A stretch of 64,000 bases of DNA from Magallana gigas (GCF_963853765.1 NC_088859.1:13702001-13766000); one strand, 5' to 3'. Shown: positions 47,653 to 61,435, counted from the stretch's first letter. The notes: generated from the letters alone by a model not told the origin. Translations and numbers: made by a program.

Positions 47653-49397
47653 TATAGATGTAAAACCACTCACACAACCTAACTATTTCGGATATTCCTG
47701 ATGCGATCGGTGGTTCGTTTCATATTTGTTTATGAACGATCTATTATGCATTATTTCCTTCATGTCCGGACGTAAACGTTGTGGTCGGTCGAGGTTATGT
47801 CATGAATGTGCGCAGAAATTATCAACCTGGTTTATCATATTACATGTATTAAAGCACCTCCTGTGACAAAAACTTATTTCGTTAACCTGGAAACTCGTTC
47901 TGTACGTGCATGACATAATTACTTTGACCTCTTGACGTATAACAAGTTGCAGTGGTTTGTCATTTTTCTAGGTCTATTGCATAAGTAAGTTTCATACTGC
48001 ATGATTGACGTGATAATCCCAGACTGAAAACGTATAACTCATACAATAAGAAAATAGTGTTCTATGTGTTTGTGCCATGGCATCTTGAAAGACCTCATTA
48101 ATTTCCCAGTCAGATATGGTTCTAAAACACTCTGGAAGTTTTTGACCATTTTTTATCAGTATCGACTAAAACGCTGAATGTGGATATGCAACAGACTGAC
48201 AGTTGATCCTTTGATAATCATAAAATATGCGATATGTTACATAATTGTGTGGATTTATTTTAATCATTGCCTGCTAACTTTCATTTCAAATAGTTCTGTT
48301 TTTCTAAATTCATTTCTAACTTATTATTACTTTTATTTAAAGTTTGATTTGTGTCCATGTGTCCTTATTTTATACAGCCTTTTTATATTCTATCTGCGAA
48401 TTTAGCGCGAAACGTTCCGATGCTTCAAAATGGTGTGGGGATGAACAAGTCGAAATATCAGACGTTTTCCTTGCTTTTTAACGATTTTGGTAAAATATCA
48501 AATCGTCAACAAAGCCAGGAAAACATCAGATATTTCGGACAAGGGATGATCAGGAACACTGATGACGTGAACAAAACTAGATCTTTTGAGGAGGGTGCAT
48601 GCATGTACATGAATGTATTTAAAACTTTAGCTAAATAATGTGTAAATTTAGTTTTTCTTGGGTCGAAATCAAACGAACGAAGCAATGCCAGGACAATTTA
48701 TGGGGTAGGTTTAATATAAAAAAAAAAATAACTGAATAAATGTGATATACTTTTTCGTGAAAGGAGACTACACGTAGGGGGGGGGGGGGATTTATAAACA
48801 CGAAGTATCATTTCTCCACTGACGTTTATTTTTTTGCTTGTAGTAGTAGTGACTATAATGCGTATACGTTTTCAAATCAACGCTATGCTTGGTAAAAAAA
48901 ACAAAAAAAACCCAAACAAACAAATGATAAAAAAAACCAAAACAAGACCATCGTGTATCGTAGAAAAAAAAATCTCAGTTTTTATGCATATTTGCCTATT
49001 CCGGTGCACACAAGACCCCCCCCCCCCCGAAAAAAAATTAAAAATCAAAATTTTTGTACTTAAAAGGGGAAAGATAATTAACAGTAGGATATTATAATAT
49101 TACCTCAAGAGTACATTTCTGTAACATTTCCTACATAATTGTCAACGCCTTTTGGACGTGACTGTACATGTATTATTGGTCATGTGTTATTTATAAATGA
49201 TTTATACCGATTTACAGTGTGTGTATAAAAAATAAATCGTTTCGTTCTTACTTATTATTACTGATCGATTCCAACCTAAAACAGCTAGACAGACAATAAT
49301 AAAGTAAAGACAATGTAAAACCCAAGAATTGGCACAGAACAATGCTCATTTAAAGCAATGAGCATTCTGATAATATCTTCCTGAGAAGCCCTTCGAG

Positions 49398-50228
49398 CAT
49401 CTTCGCTAGCCAAGGATTTTCGGTCCACTTTGCTCCCCGTAAACCCTTGGCGGATTTCATTACGAAAACTCGGTGACGTGGTGGCGCTATCTAGCGAGCA
49501 ACTTGAGTTGCGCCCCTTGCATATTTCATTTTAATCGAATTAAACAACGGGTTATATATACACCTCATATTAATACAACTTAAAAACATGTTGACTACCG
49601 AATGTCGGAACATAATTAACGATGCTATTAAACATGTTAAATACGAAGTAAGTAATAACCAGGGGAAAGCACAGAATTTTTTATTCATTGTGTTTTGTAC
49701 GGACCGGGAGTGAGAAAGTCGCCGATTCATATGAAAGCTTTCATGTCCTAAAACCAGGTATCGCTGTCGTTAATATTGCGGACCAACGAAATTAAATAAA
49801 ACGAAGATAATTGAATCTTTAAAAGCAATAAAAATAAGCAGGAACGTATATATACTAACGGGATAGGCAACTTCTAAATTCGCCATGTTTACTTCCCATG
49901 CTGATCACGCGAGCCTTGACAAGTTTGTAGAACTACATGTTCAATCCCAGTAAAATAGATAGGTTTTAAAGCGATTTGGTAGACCATCGTTGGAGAAGCA
50001 CTGTACTCGAGAACTTGTGTCTCAAATTGTTAAAAGCACCGAATGTTTTACCAAAGATCCCACATGTGTTTTCTTTTAAAGTTTATATTTACATGCACTG
50101 TGGTTGGATCAGCTACTCGCAGCTGCAGCCAATCATAAAGCGGAGCTTGTCACCGAGTTTTCATAGTGAAATCCGCCAAGGGTTTATGGGGAGCAAAGCG
50201 GACCGAAAACCCTTGGCTAGCGAAGATG
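49398..50228. mobile_element. 831-bp non-autonomous Mutator-like element, 80-bp TIRs, 9-bp TSD
   Basis: TIRs at 49398-49477 and 50149-50228 (5 mismatches in 80); TSD CCCTTCGAG at 49389-49397 and 50229-50237. No transposase ORF. Confidence 0.93.
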
Positions 50229-52356
50229 CCCTTCGAGCTTCACATATTTTTATCGTGTGACCAACCAAGTTCATATCCTGATGAACTTTTTAACACTAGC
50301 ATTTAAACAAATGAAATATATATATTACATATAAGTTTGTATTGTTTTATAAATATGCTTAATTATAAATTCTTAAGAACATGTTAATTATTTTATTGTT
50401 TCTCTCTCTGTGGTGTGGCATCTAGTGAATGGAATATATTGTATAAAATTCGAGTATTCGAATAATGGTAACGTTGTACGTTATACAGTTGTGTTCTCTT
50501 CTCGTTTATTTTACTAACACTGTGTCAATGCTTATGTTCCAATGTATTTCAATTTAAGCATAAACGACAAAACCCTGATAGTTAAAAAACGGATGCGGCT
50601 TAAATACTATATTCCCCATTTTACCCAATCCCGTCAAAACACAAGCGAAGCAACACAAGATAGCCACAGGTAAAGAGGAAAAAATCGATCTGTGTGTATG
50701 TTTTCTTCTATTTCGACAACTGACTTTTATATTTCTATTATCGTTATACTTCATTTAAAATATTGCATGTTAAAATACAGCAAATTTGGCCTTGAAGAGA
50801 GGATAAAACAACTTTAAGGGGGTCGGTTAGTTCGAATTTCCTTATGGTTTTATATGTCAATTCGTATTCATGGTAAACAAATGAGCATATTGAAATTGAT
50901 TATCAGATGATTATCAGATTATCATTTAGATTAATGTCTTTAATATGGACAGCTTTTTCTATGAATTGATGCCTTGTAATGATTGGCTTTAATGTTTATT
51001 TTGGCAGATTAATATGTTGATGTTTATTTTGGCACATGCTAAAGACGAAAAGATAACTGTATGTATAGCAGTTTTAGCACTGCTAAGTTATTGTGTCATG
51101 CAGTGAGAATTCATTCTACACTGGGAACAAGTTTCATTTTTGATGCATGCAAGGACTGCATGCTTCTTATGAAGAACTTTTGTTCAAAGAAAAGGCTATA
51201 TCTTTAAGAAGATAAATTACGGATAGGCCTATTACGGATTTAATTAAACAAACATTGAGTTGCTTTTATTTGATGTGACAGTACAAATTGCATGGCACGT
51301 ATGCTATACAAATTTATGACTGTTATTTCATTAAAATAGACAGAAGAATTGTTTATCAATTTGAAGAGTTATGCTAGTTAGTTGAATTTAAGTTCATGAA
51401 TTTATAAAGTTTGATTAATATTCACAATATTTCAGAATGTTTTGCGAATAATTATGCTTCTAATTAAGTATTATAAGTACTACTGTGTGTTAAAACAACA
51501 GCGAATCCAAATTCCTATGAAAAAGTTAAATTTTTAAACAATTAAATGCTCTTTTTTGCATTTCGTGCAAGTGTTAAGTTAGAGAGCATTGCAAAAGATA
51601 TACATAACTTCAGAGGTTGGTAATAAAAAATGTAATTATTTCTGCATATCTGTACAAATCAGGCAGTGTTATGATGGGGAAAAAAACTTGAATGAAAATA
51701 TAACTTTTAAAACTGTATACTTAATGGGGTTAGGGGATGCATTGATATATGTTAATTGTAGAAATGTACTTAATTTAGACAGATACTTTTATCCTGACTC
51801 GTTGTACTCTTGTAGACCTCTTAAAAGGGTGTTTCAGTGGCCTTCAAAATACCAAGATCCATTGTGTATATTAATAAAAAAAATTCTATTTATCATTGTT
51901 AAAACCTATTTCTGTTTCTGTATCGTGTCGATATGACAAAAGCCTCAATTCACCACCATGTTGTTTTTTTAAAGGCTGATAGTCAGATACGCTTACATAT
52001 ACAACATGTACGGTGTAGTCATATATCTAGAATGTCAGAGTGTACGTACCTCCTATATTGCCTACCTTGTCCTCCAGTTTCATAAGGATTGGCATAACTC
52101 ATGACGATAACTGAAGTACTATAAAATCTATATAAACCTAGTCGTCCTTTAATGAGGCTAAGACTTAGACACAATCTAAATCGGATGACCAGGGAACAGT
52201 AATATTTGCTCCGAGTTTATGGGTCAGTGTTCATTGTAACCAAAGTTATCATGTATTGAATCTTCAGAATGAATTATTTTCTGTCTTTATTCCAGCTGAG
52301 TAAATATTATGATGTATTTTGATAATTTAATTATTTTCATTGTTCTCTTCATTCAG

Positions 52357-52421
52357 ATTTCAGAGAGAAGAAAGAGAGAAGGAGAAAAAGGGTGCTATAG
52401 TTTGGTGTTGAGGAAATACAT
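52357..52421 (+). other. Candidate non-coding (5' UTR) exon of a third gene
   Basis: Acceptor ttttcattgttctcttcattcag, purine-rich body (GAGAGAAGAAAGAGAGAAGGAGAAAAAG), donor CAT/gtaagt. Inference only. Confidence 0.45.
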
Positions 52422-54736
52422 GTAAGTTAAAGTTACGTTTTTTAGGTGCTTTAATTAGTTCTGTTCAAAATTGTTAGAAAAATCTACTAGATGCAACGGT
52501 ACTGCAGGAAGATGTAGGGACCTACTTTACCTTGACCATATATAAAGATTCAGTGAATTGTAGATTGAAGCTTAATATGTAAGATTTTTATTATCAATAT
52601 TCAACACATATAGTTAAATAGTAGAAGGCTAAAATGAAAGTCCAGTTAACAACAGCTTGCTTACAACATGTACATATATGTTGGCAGTGGTTTTTATTGC
52701 GGGAATTGGTGTTAAGTTCATGCAATATGACTCAGGTGAGCTTAGACGCCACTGATCCTCCTCTTATATAAGTACAAAACATAAATATGAATTATTGATC
52801 AAAAGATGTTTATGTTTTTTGATGTGGTTACATTTTGTTGGTTTATCTTGGCTTGAAGAGTGACAAAATTTGGTATCGATTTTACAGCTGGTAATAAAAT
52901 TTATTGTGGATGGTGCATACACTCTTTTCAATTCCTAAGGGACACTTCAGATGAACTTTGCTGACAAATAGCTGTGATGTAATTTTAAATACTGCCTTTT
53001 TGGTTGTTTTTTTTCCTGAAACTAAATTGAACAAAATGTTGCTGTGGAGAAACCTTAAAGTTGCAAAGTTTTAGGCGCTTATTGTGAAACTCTGTATGGT
53101 TAAGAATTCAAATCAGGTGCATTTTGATGCATTAAGATAAAGGTAGCATATTGTCTGACACTTATCAACATGTTAATTTCAGTCAACTAGAGAATATGAT
53201 GCATATAGTGCTAGAGAACCATTATGCTCATACAGATTTTAATCCACAGGTTTCTGGTTCAAATGACACTATGTTCCATGGTATAAAATGTGATAGAATA
53301 GAATATGTATATATGGTCAAATATCTAGGCGTGCATTGGTTTCAGATACTGCTTTTGTTGGGAATACATATACATGTACTAGCTTGTACTGTTATTGTTC
53401 TGTATGGGAATATGGTCTTTGCAATGATATTGAGATTAGTTACAGAGATGGTGGTGGTAAAAATGAGGTGGCATTAAATAATTTTAATGTTAAATTAATA
53501 TACTATGATACTATCAAGTTTATTATGTTATGACGTGTAAAATGTAGTGATCTATAGTAAAGATGTGGTTGTAAAATTTCCGCTGGTATTCACCGTATTG
53601 TAGCTGCGGTGATATTGTAAGGATGTGGTATATGAAGTACTTATAATTATGGTGTTAAAGAAATTAAGATGACTCTGTGGTGATGTTTGAGATGCAGTGT
53701 TGATCGATACATGTACTGGTGGTTAAAGTATTGGTGTAACATATTGTGGTTTCGAAGATGTGCATTGTATCAATGGGTTGTTTAAGATGTTGTGATTGTA
53801 ACAAAGTGGTTTTCAAGAAACGGTACAGAATGATGAGTTTGTTGATAATATAGGTCACACTGAATGTTAATGATGTTGTGTTTTGTGAAGGTTAATGTTT
53901 TTGTTGTTCTTTGGGCTCTGTTTCTGTAGCAGTAAGTTTTTCAGAGAGGGGTAAAAGTGAGGAATTAATCAGTTATTCCATTCAGGTTTAGTGATATTGA
54001 TTCCTCCTAGAGTACAGGGAATTAATGAATCCAATTGATTAGGTATGAGGAAGGGGCAGTGCAAGTGAAGAATACATAGAGTAGGCAATTATAGACCAAG
54101 AAAAGAATGGAGAACACTACAACTAAAGTTAGAACATTTTTCATAGATTTTAAACAGAAATTTGGATTTAACTTGTGTGATGAGGGTGAAATTGTCCAGT
54201 CAGATAGCCATTGATTGGGTATTAAAGACACTTGAACAGTCCAGGTACTTGGATATTAATAATGTCTCTTTCTGACCGTGATTTACTGGGGATCCTGATA
54301 TAGAATTACCTCAGCTCGGCAAATAAACTTGGAGAGCATTATGGCCCCTTGTTAATGGTAATGAAATATTCAACTTGACTAAAGCATGCCATGGGAGCAA
54401 AGAGAACACTGAACATGATAGCTAGATAGGTTGAAGTCATAGACTGACTGATAAAAATAGCAAGGTTACCTTGAATTGAGAAGATTTTTTTTTTGGGGGG
54501 GGGGGGACATCATTTGAGGTTTTGACTTACGTCCACATGAAAGAAAACAATGGTGAAATATGACTCAGAATGCATTCATTATCTATATACATGTGTATTA
54601 TAAACCAAAACGCATTTTGAAGGAATTTTCACCACATTGTAGCCATGTTGTTGAGAAGATAGTGTCAGATTTAATGATGCAAGTACAAATGCACTAGTAT
54701 TACATGTTACAATTAGCATGAGTCAGAATACACAGG

Positions 54737-54872
54737 NNNNNNNNNNNNNNNNNNNNNNNNNNNNNNNNNNNNNNNNNNNNNNNNNNNNNNNNNNNNNNNN
54801 NNNNNNNNNNNNNNNNNNNNNNNNNNNNNNNNNNNNNNNNNNNNNNNNNNNNNNNNNNNNNNNNNNNNNNNN
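54737..54872. other. Assembly gap (136 N)
   Basis: Run of N. Confidence 1.
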
Positions 54873-56660
54873 AGTAAAAGGAATAGAATTCTCTTTTGCA
54901 ATGTGACCTTCTTTCATTTAAAAAATGTATGGTTTATTCTAAATATACCAATATACCAAGTTTTAATTAGTTTTTGCTAAATTTGTTGGGATTTTAATTT
55001 AAAAAGAGACATTAAGTGGTATAACTTGAATGTAAATGAAAAGGTCACATGTATGGTTTGTATTGTGTAGAAGCAGCCTGCATATGAATAACTTATGATG
55101 TAGCTGATGATGTTAGAATTCTTTAGGTTGAGTGATGATACAGGTGCCATAAGTGCCCCCCAGGGACTCGATTTACCATTTAGGACAGTGCAATGACAGC
55201 TTTCCCCACATAAATCACATTATGTAAATAGGTTTAGTATTTTATAGGGGATTTCTAAATCATGTGTACACACAGTCGGATGAAAATTTTCTCAAGGATA
55301 TTTTTTTGTGAAAAGTTAGTATACAGGCTATATATAGCCATGGTTATGTGTATTAAGGTATAGTTATATGTAGCACCTGTAACAAATGATGGCATTTATA
55401 TTTAGGTCTGTTGACTTTTTATTTTCATTTTGCATTTATTTTTGAATATTGTAATTAATAATCCATTTTATTTTTTGAAATTAAGAATTTGTTATGCTAC
55501 CTGTCATAGAGATTCCATTATTGCAGCAGTCCCAATGCCAATATCACAATAACTTTTTTTGCCATGTAGTTTATAAAATAATACAAGAGCATGGAGGGAG
55601 TAAGGTTTTTCATTTGTCAGAGACAAGTGTCTGTGGTCATTTTCTAACCTTTCAGGTCAGTTGTGCAAAAATTGTATACTGCATAGCTGCTATAAGAGTA
55701 GTGGCCCTTTGAATGATTTTTGCTCTCATTACGTTATTTTTTTAAAAATAGAATTATTACATATTGGAGGAGCATGGCTCTTTTGGCAGAACATTACAGT
55801 TTTGGATGGAGGTTTTTCAGTGCTTGCAAATATTGATGATGTTTCTGCTTTTTACTCAAGATGTGGTGTACATTATTCATTTTATTTGATTTAGGCAGTG
55901 TTAATTTCAACCAATAATCTTAAAATAGCCTCTTGCAGTGCATTTGCAATAAATGTGGAGTAATTCTTAATACATGTATCTGCTTAAAACAGTGCCAACT
56001 TGATTTTTGTGGGCATCAAAAATGAGACATGGCAGAGAGATATGAGCTATATATTATTGTTTTACATAACAAATTTATACATTCAATTACCTAAGACGGA
56101 TTCTCAGCGACTAAACAATTTATTTGGATTCCGAATATCAGATCAATATATAATTTACTACAGAATAACAGTAAACTGAGACCAGCCAGGAGCCAGCGTT
56201 GTTTTGTTAAGTAGGATTATACAATTCCCCGAATGGCACATGACCTTCAAGAACAGGGCAATAAAATGATGCAGCATGTAAATGGAAGCCCCTAAAAAAC
56301 ACAAATAGACACAATATTTATGTCTGGATTACGTTGTTTAGGACTTCTGTGTGTTTTTATGTCATGGATTTTCTTGGCTATAGGGTTTACCAGTACTTGC
56401 ATTGTTTTCAACCGAGAGTGCCGTTACACTCATGACGATGATTTCACTCAATATTAAATGTTTATTACGTGAATGAGAGTTGGCCTCGTTACGATAATTG
56501 ATACAAGACCTTTTCTTTTAATGAATTATAAAACAGTATCACATGCTAATTTGATTACAATTTATTGATGACGTACAGACATTGCCGGTGATAACATAAA
56601 CCAGAAAGGCTCATGTAAAATTTGTTTCTTTTCTTCTCCTTCTCTCCTTTCTGCCACCAG

Positions 56661-57092
56661 ACCTCCAATTGACACAGAGTTGTATTTATTTATGTGAGTA
56701 TTGATCGGTGGGCGACTGCAGAGAAAATATGACATTAGCAACAGGCAGAAGCTGACAATGAACGAGTGAGCCAGCTAAGCCCAAGACACTTCTTCTCTCA
56801 GTCGTGGGTTTTGTTTATTTTTGGGAGTCCGTATTTGCTACATGGAAGTCATATTACCAGGAAAACAATATGGTTTAGTCAGCTACTTTTTGGAGCTGTA
56901 CAGAGGGAATTCTTGAGGAGTTGCTGAGGAGGGGAGAAGAGAGTGACACTGATTGCCTCCCCTGATTTTCTGTCGTCGTTGTCTCGTCTGCCTGGTGCCT
57001 GGCGTTTCTTTCCCTAGAAGAGGATTGTCTGTTTTAGATTTTTTGATTGTTGCCTATACTCATTAAAATCTGAAACATTTACATTCTCAAAG
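56661..57092 (+). other. Candidate long 5' UTR exon or alternative first exon of a third gene
   Basis: Long pyrimidine tract ending ccaccag at 56660, GC/CpG-richer body, strong donor AAG/gtaaga at 57093, five short uORFs. Inference only. Confidence 0.5.
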
Positions 57093-57607
57093 GTAAGACG
57101 ATAAGTAGATCTATTCTTCTCAATCTCATTTATGGCTCTCGGTTCAAAACCAAGAGAAAGAAAAAAATAAAATGAGATGTTTCAACATTTTCATTGTTTA
57201 CATTGAATGAAACAGATGGGGCAGAAAAAAAAGGTAGCTCCAATTCATCCCCGTAAATTCCCCATCCTTCTGAAACATAAGTGTTATTGTCCATCGATTC
57301 AGAGGAAATGTGGAATATAAATTCAGGCTTTGTACTGAGATATTGACAGATATTTGTTTGCTTGTTCATGATTTTGAGGCTTGAAAACAATGACTGAATC
57401 ATTGTAAGTTATCTGTGGCTAATCAAACACAAAGGCCAATGTAGGGTCAGATTCATTCATTGATGAATTACATTTTGACGAATAATATTTCTCGTAAGTA
57501 TACATTTTTGAAAAACTGTTATTCAGATAGATATATAATATTATATATATCTTTGAATTTTTTTTATTTTTATTTTATTGAATTTGCTAAATCAGTGCTT
57601 ATATTCT

Positions 57608-57772
57608 ACACGTACAGATACAGGATATTTTTCTAGGGGGAATGCGAGAAATAATTTTGCTTGCCAGGGGAGTCCAAGGCATTTTTGTTTTTGACAATTT
57701 TACTTTATGAACTTAATGAGTCTGAAATTTCCAGGGGTGGTCTAAAACCCCACCTCTCAGATCCGGGCACAT
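57608..57772 (+). mobile_element. Second degenerate copy of the ~170-bp repeat at 34910-35083
   Basis: Shared interior motifs and terminal gatccgggcac. Confidence 0.5.
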
Positions 57773-60700
57773 ACTATCTCTGTTATCGTCCAGTCTTGGA
57801 CTTCAAGATGCTAAAGGCTTTTAGAGCAGTGAGTGTAATATTTGTGTTATTTATCATTTGTTTAAGTGGACCAGTTATGGGAAGCGTACCTGGTACGCCA
57901 GTGAAAATCAAGTCCGCCACAGATCAGCCACAATCCCATTGATTTTACTTAAATTTCATTGAAAAATTCATTAGAACCTATGAGGGCTGTAGCATCACTT
58001 GTTCTCTGTTTTGTAAACAGAAAACATAGTCAATATTTACAAGACTGTATAGTGATCAATAAAGCAATAGATATTTGAATTGGTGGTTAAACATTGGGTA
58101 GATTTCCTTAATTCTCTGATTTATTGCACTATTTGTTGGTCACTGGGTCGATTTGATGAAATTATAATCATCTTAATGAAAGGTAAATATGCAGGGTAAA
58201 TCCTTTTTCTGTTCTGGTAGCTAGTAGTTTGTGTATTTCAAGATTTAAATTCCTTACCGCTGTATCCCTTTACTTACACATCCAATAGTGTAATGGTTAG
58301 ATGAATTAAATGTCTGATATATAAGATATAACCAAGTCATAATATACATTTACATGTATTATAATTCAAATTTAAGGAAGGAAGTTAGGAATTTAAATTT
58401 CTGGTACCCAACCTTAACTCTCTTTGCCCCCCCCCCCCCCCTTCTTCTATGTGTCACCTCCCTACCCCATATGATCCCTCTAGCTTATACTTTTCTTAGA
58501 ACTCCCCCTCCCCCCCCCCCCCCCCCCAAAAAAAAAGAAGAAGAAAAAAACCCTTTTCAATTATTTGCCCACTTTCAATTCTTTGGAACAGTACGCATTC
58601 TTGAGTGGCACAAATGAATCCAGCGAGGCATCACACACATCATCTAGCAGCTTTTCATGCTAGATTGAACCAAACGGTGTACCCCCAGAGCCTTTTTTTA
58701 GTTGTTAGTTCTCTGCCCACTAATTAAGCTCCATCTTTTGTATGAAGAGTTTTACGACCATTTTAAAGCAATTGTAACAATGGCTACAGGATGTATTCTT
58801 GTGTTACATCCCAAGCCTTTGATGTCTGCAATCATGTATTAAGTTTTGAGTATCAGATGAAGCCATTGATTGCCTATTTGAAGTTTATGATTACTGCAAT
58901 GCAGAGTCATTTCATCAGCTTGTTTATGTATTGATGATTTTTTTTTTTATTAATTTACTTCTAAAAAAAAGATTTGTTTTATAAGGCTGAATTTCATTGC
59001 GTAATCAATTTTCTTTGGTTTTACGCAGTGAAGTTTTATTTATTTTACAGATTTTCTCTAAAGAAAACAAATAAGATGTCAAGTTTCAAGATTTTTTTTT
59101 GACGCTTAAAAAAGAAGAAAAGCTTTGTGTCTTGTCATATCTGATGGTATATATCACATGCATGTTAATTAATCTAGTCAAGTTTCAGGTGTTTTTTTTC
59201 TAAACTTTCGCATTTCTCTTTGCTTTTGTTAATACAATGATGATTTCAATATTAGCTATCTGAGGTTGTTTACCATTCCTCGAAGAAGCTTCACTCATTT
59301 TAAGACATGAAGCCCTTTCCTCAAACTCTTGCAGCCTTTGAAAAGTGAGTGATTTCAATTGTGTTATCACCTATTGCTGTTTACGTGAGACCTTGGTTTT
59401 AATGGTCTCATCTGATCTAAAGGACTTTTCTGTAAAAGGGATCTTTCATTGCCATCAGCACCTTTTGTCAAAAGTCTGAGAAGGATTCGATAAGAATTGC
59501 CTCTGTGATGTACTGGCAATGAAATAATTCTCAGAGGATGAATAATATAAGATTATATTGTACTAGAAATTATGTTTCTAGAAAGGAATTATTTTGATCC
59601 TAGATTGTTGCTTTTTGCATGTGGATTTTGTGTATGATCTGGAAGATGATTAATAAGTGAGAGACATGTGCATTGATAGGAATAGAACCGAACCACCTTC
59701 TGTGAAATTATACCACCATATGTTCGATAATCAACAACGCTGCGTAACAGGTTTTCATGCAATAGATTACAATGTATTTTTGTACTTTTTTGAACAGATA
59801 CAAAAGTGTGAATGATGGCATTCCAAAAATAGCTTTCTCTTTCATGATGAACTCTTTTATGATTCCAATTTTAGTCCTCATTTGTAAGGATTCCGACTGA
59901 AGTGTCCCCAGAATTTGCCGATTTCAAGCACCGAAGCTTTGATCTGGTCAATTATTGATAAGCCCCAAGTCAGCACTCATATCTCTCTGAAAAGTAGTCA
60001 CAGCAATGTTGCAAAATTGATTTTCATGTAAGGTCTATAATTATTTCACTAGGAGTGGTAATATCACTTTCTAACAATTTCATTTTTACCCCCTGCAACT
60101 ATTTCTGGTCACATTGGCAAAAAGAAAAGGAGACACAGTGGAATATGTGTGTGCTCTTGAATGCCGAAGGGACAGAGAGAGAACAAGGGATTTGTGATAC
60201 CAAAAGAGAAGCGTTGGAGTGGAGGGGTGGGGGGTGGGGGGGTGTAAGATTTAGGAGTGGTGCGAGACTTGCACAAAATTCCCTGCCTTAAAGGTACTTA
60301 GAATGCATGGGTCAATAATCTGATGTTTTATCATCTGCACTATTGTTTGAAAAAAAAGTTGATAATGATTTTAGAAGACATATTTTAGGTGCTTCTATTC
60401 AACATGGCCTATATTCTGGTAATGATGACATTATGTCACTGCATAAGGATATGAACATCTTGTGAAATTCATTATATTCATTTTGGAATGTGGTTTTTCA
60501 TTGCTTGGAGAATTATTTTATATATGCTGATACATGCATAACTTTAAATAAAAAAAGTTGTTGAACATGTGGAATTATTGATTTGAACAACAAGGAACAA
60601 TGAAATTCCAGTACTTACTTTGGATAGGTATGCCATTCTAGCATTACATAAGTCTATAGGTGTATGTACATACATGTAAACAGAGTCATTATCAGTTGAA

Positions 60701-60986
60701 ACCAAACTCGTGAGAGTGCCATTAAGAAGTGCTTTGTAAACACTAGCAGGTGTTGTTTCTAGTAGTCACAGGATACTTACATGTAGTTGTTTTGATGGAA
60801 AATAGTCTGATGTGGGAATGTTGGGAATCTGATGGTTTGTAATACTGTGTTTGGCTCTTTTTTTTTCAACAGCAATCCCCACCCCACCCTGATGTAAATA
60901 TTGTGCAGGATTTGACCAGGTGAGACAGGTACACTCTGCAATAAACAAACTACCTATCTATTCATGCTCCTATTACCGATCACTAG

Positions 60987-61222
60987 TATGGTAAATTCCT
61001 TTTTTTTAGACGAGTGTTAAATCCCGCAATACCGCTTTTTTGTGTCAGAGAACGAGAACATAAATCCTGAGCACTAATTTATTTCTATAATTTTATAATT
61101 AAAAATATTTATATTGTCTGAAAAATAAAAGCAAGATTTTAAAATTTGCAATGATTGTTTTTTGTAATTTTATATGGATATTAAATTTAATTCCTCATAT
61201 GTTTAATAAGGAGTCTACATTA
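60987..61222 (-). mobile_element. Old, CpG-decayed copy of the TACTGTAAATTC MITE family
   Basis: Collinear with 16518-16787 (gtaaattcc..., gaaaaataaaagcaagattttaaaatttgc, ttaattcctca...taaggagtctacatta). Confidence 0.7.
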
Positions 61223-61435
61223 CATTCATATGTAAGCAGAACTATCGTTGATGTCTCCTTGAACAAAAAATTTGTATATTGGTACATCTGAGAGGTAAAC
61301 ACGTAGCTGATGTATTTTCTTTTATTTTTGGTATTACAAATTTAAAAAATCCTGTAAAGTAATAGAAGTCTGAAACTGATGATATTAGCTGTAGAATGTA
61401 TTTGAAATTTTATTTATTGTCAAAATTTTGTTAAA

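Noticed and set aside
57041-57053. TTTTGATTGTTGC resembling the start of miR-315
   Set aside because: Diverges after 13 nt; low-complexity; no star arm visible.
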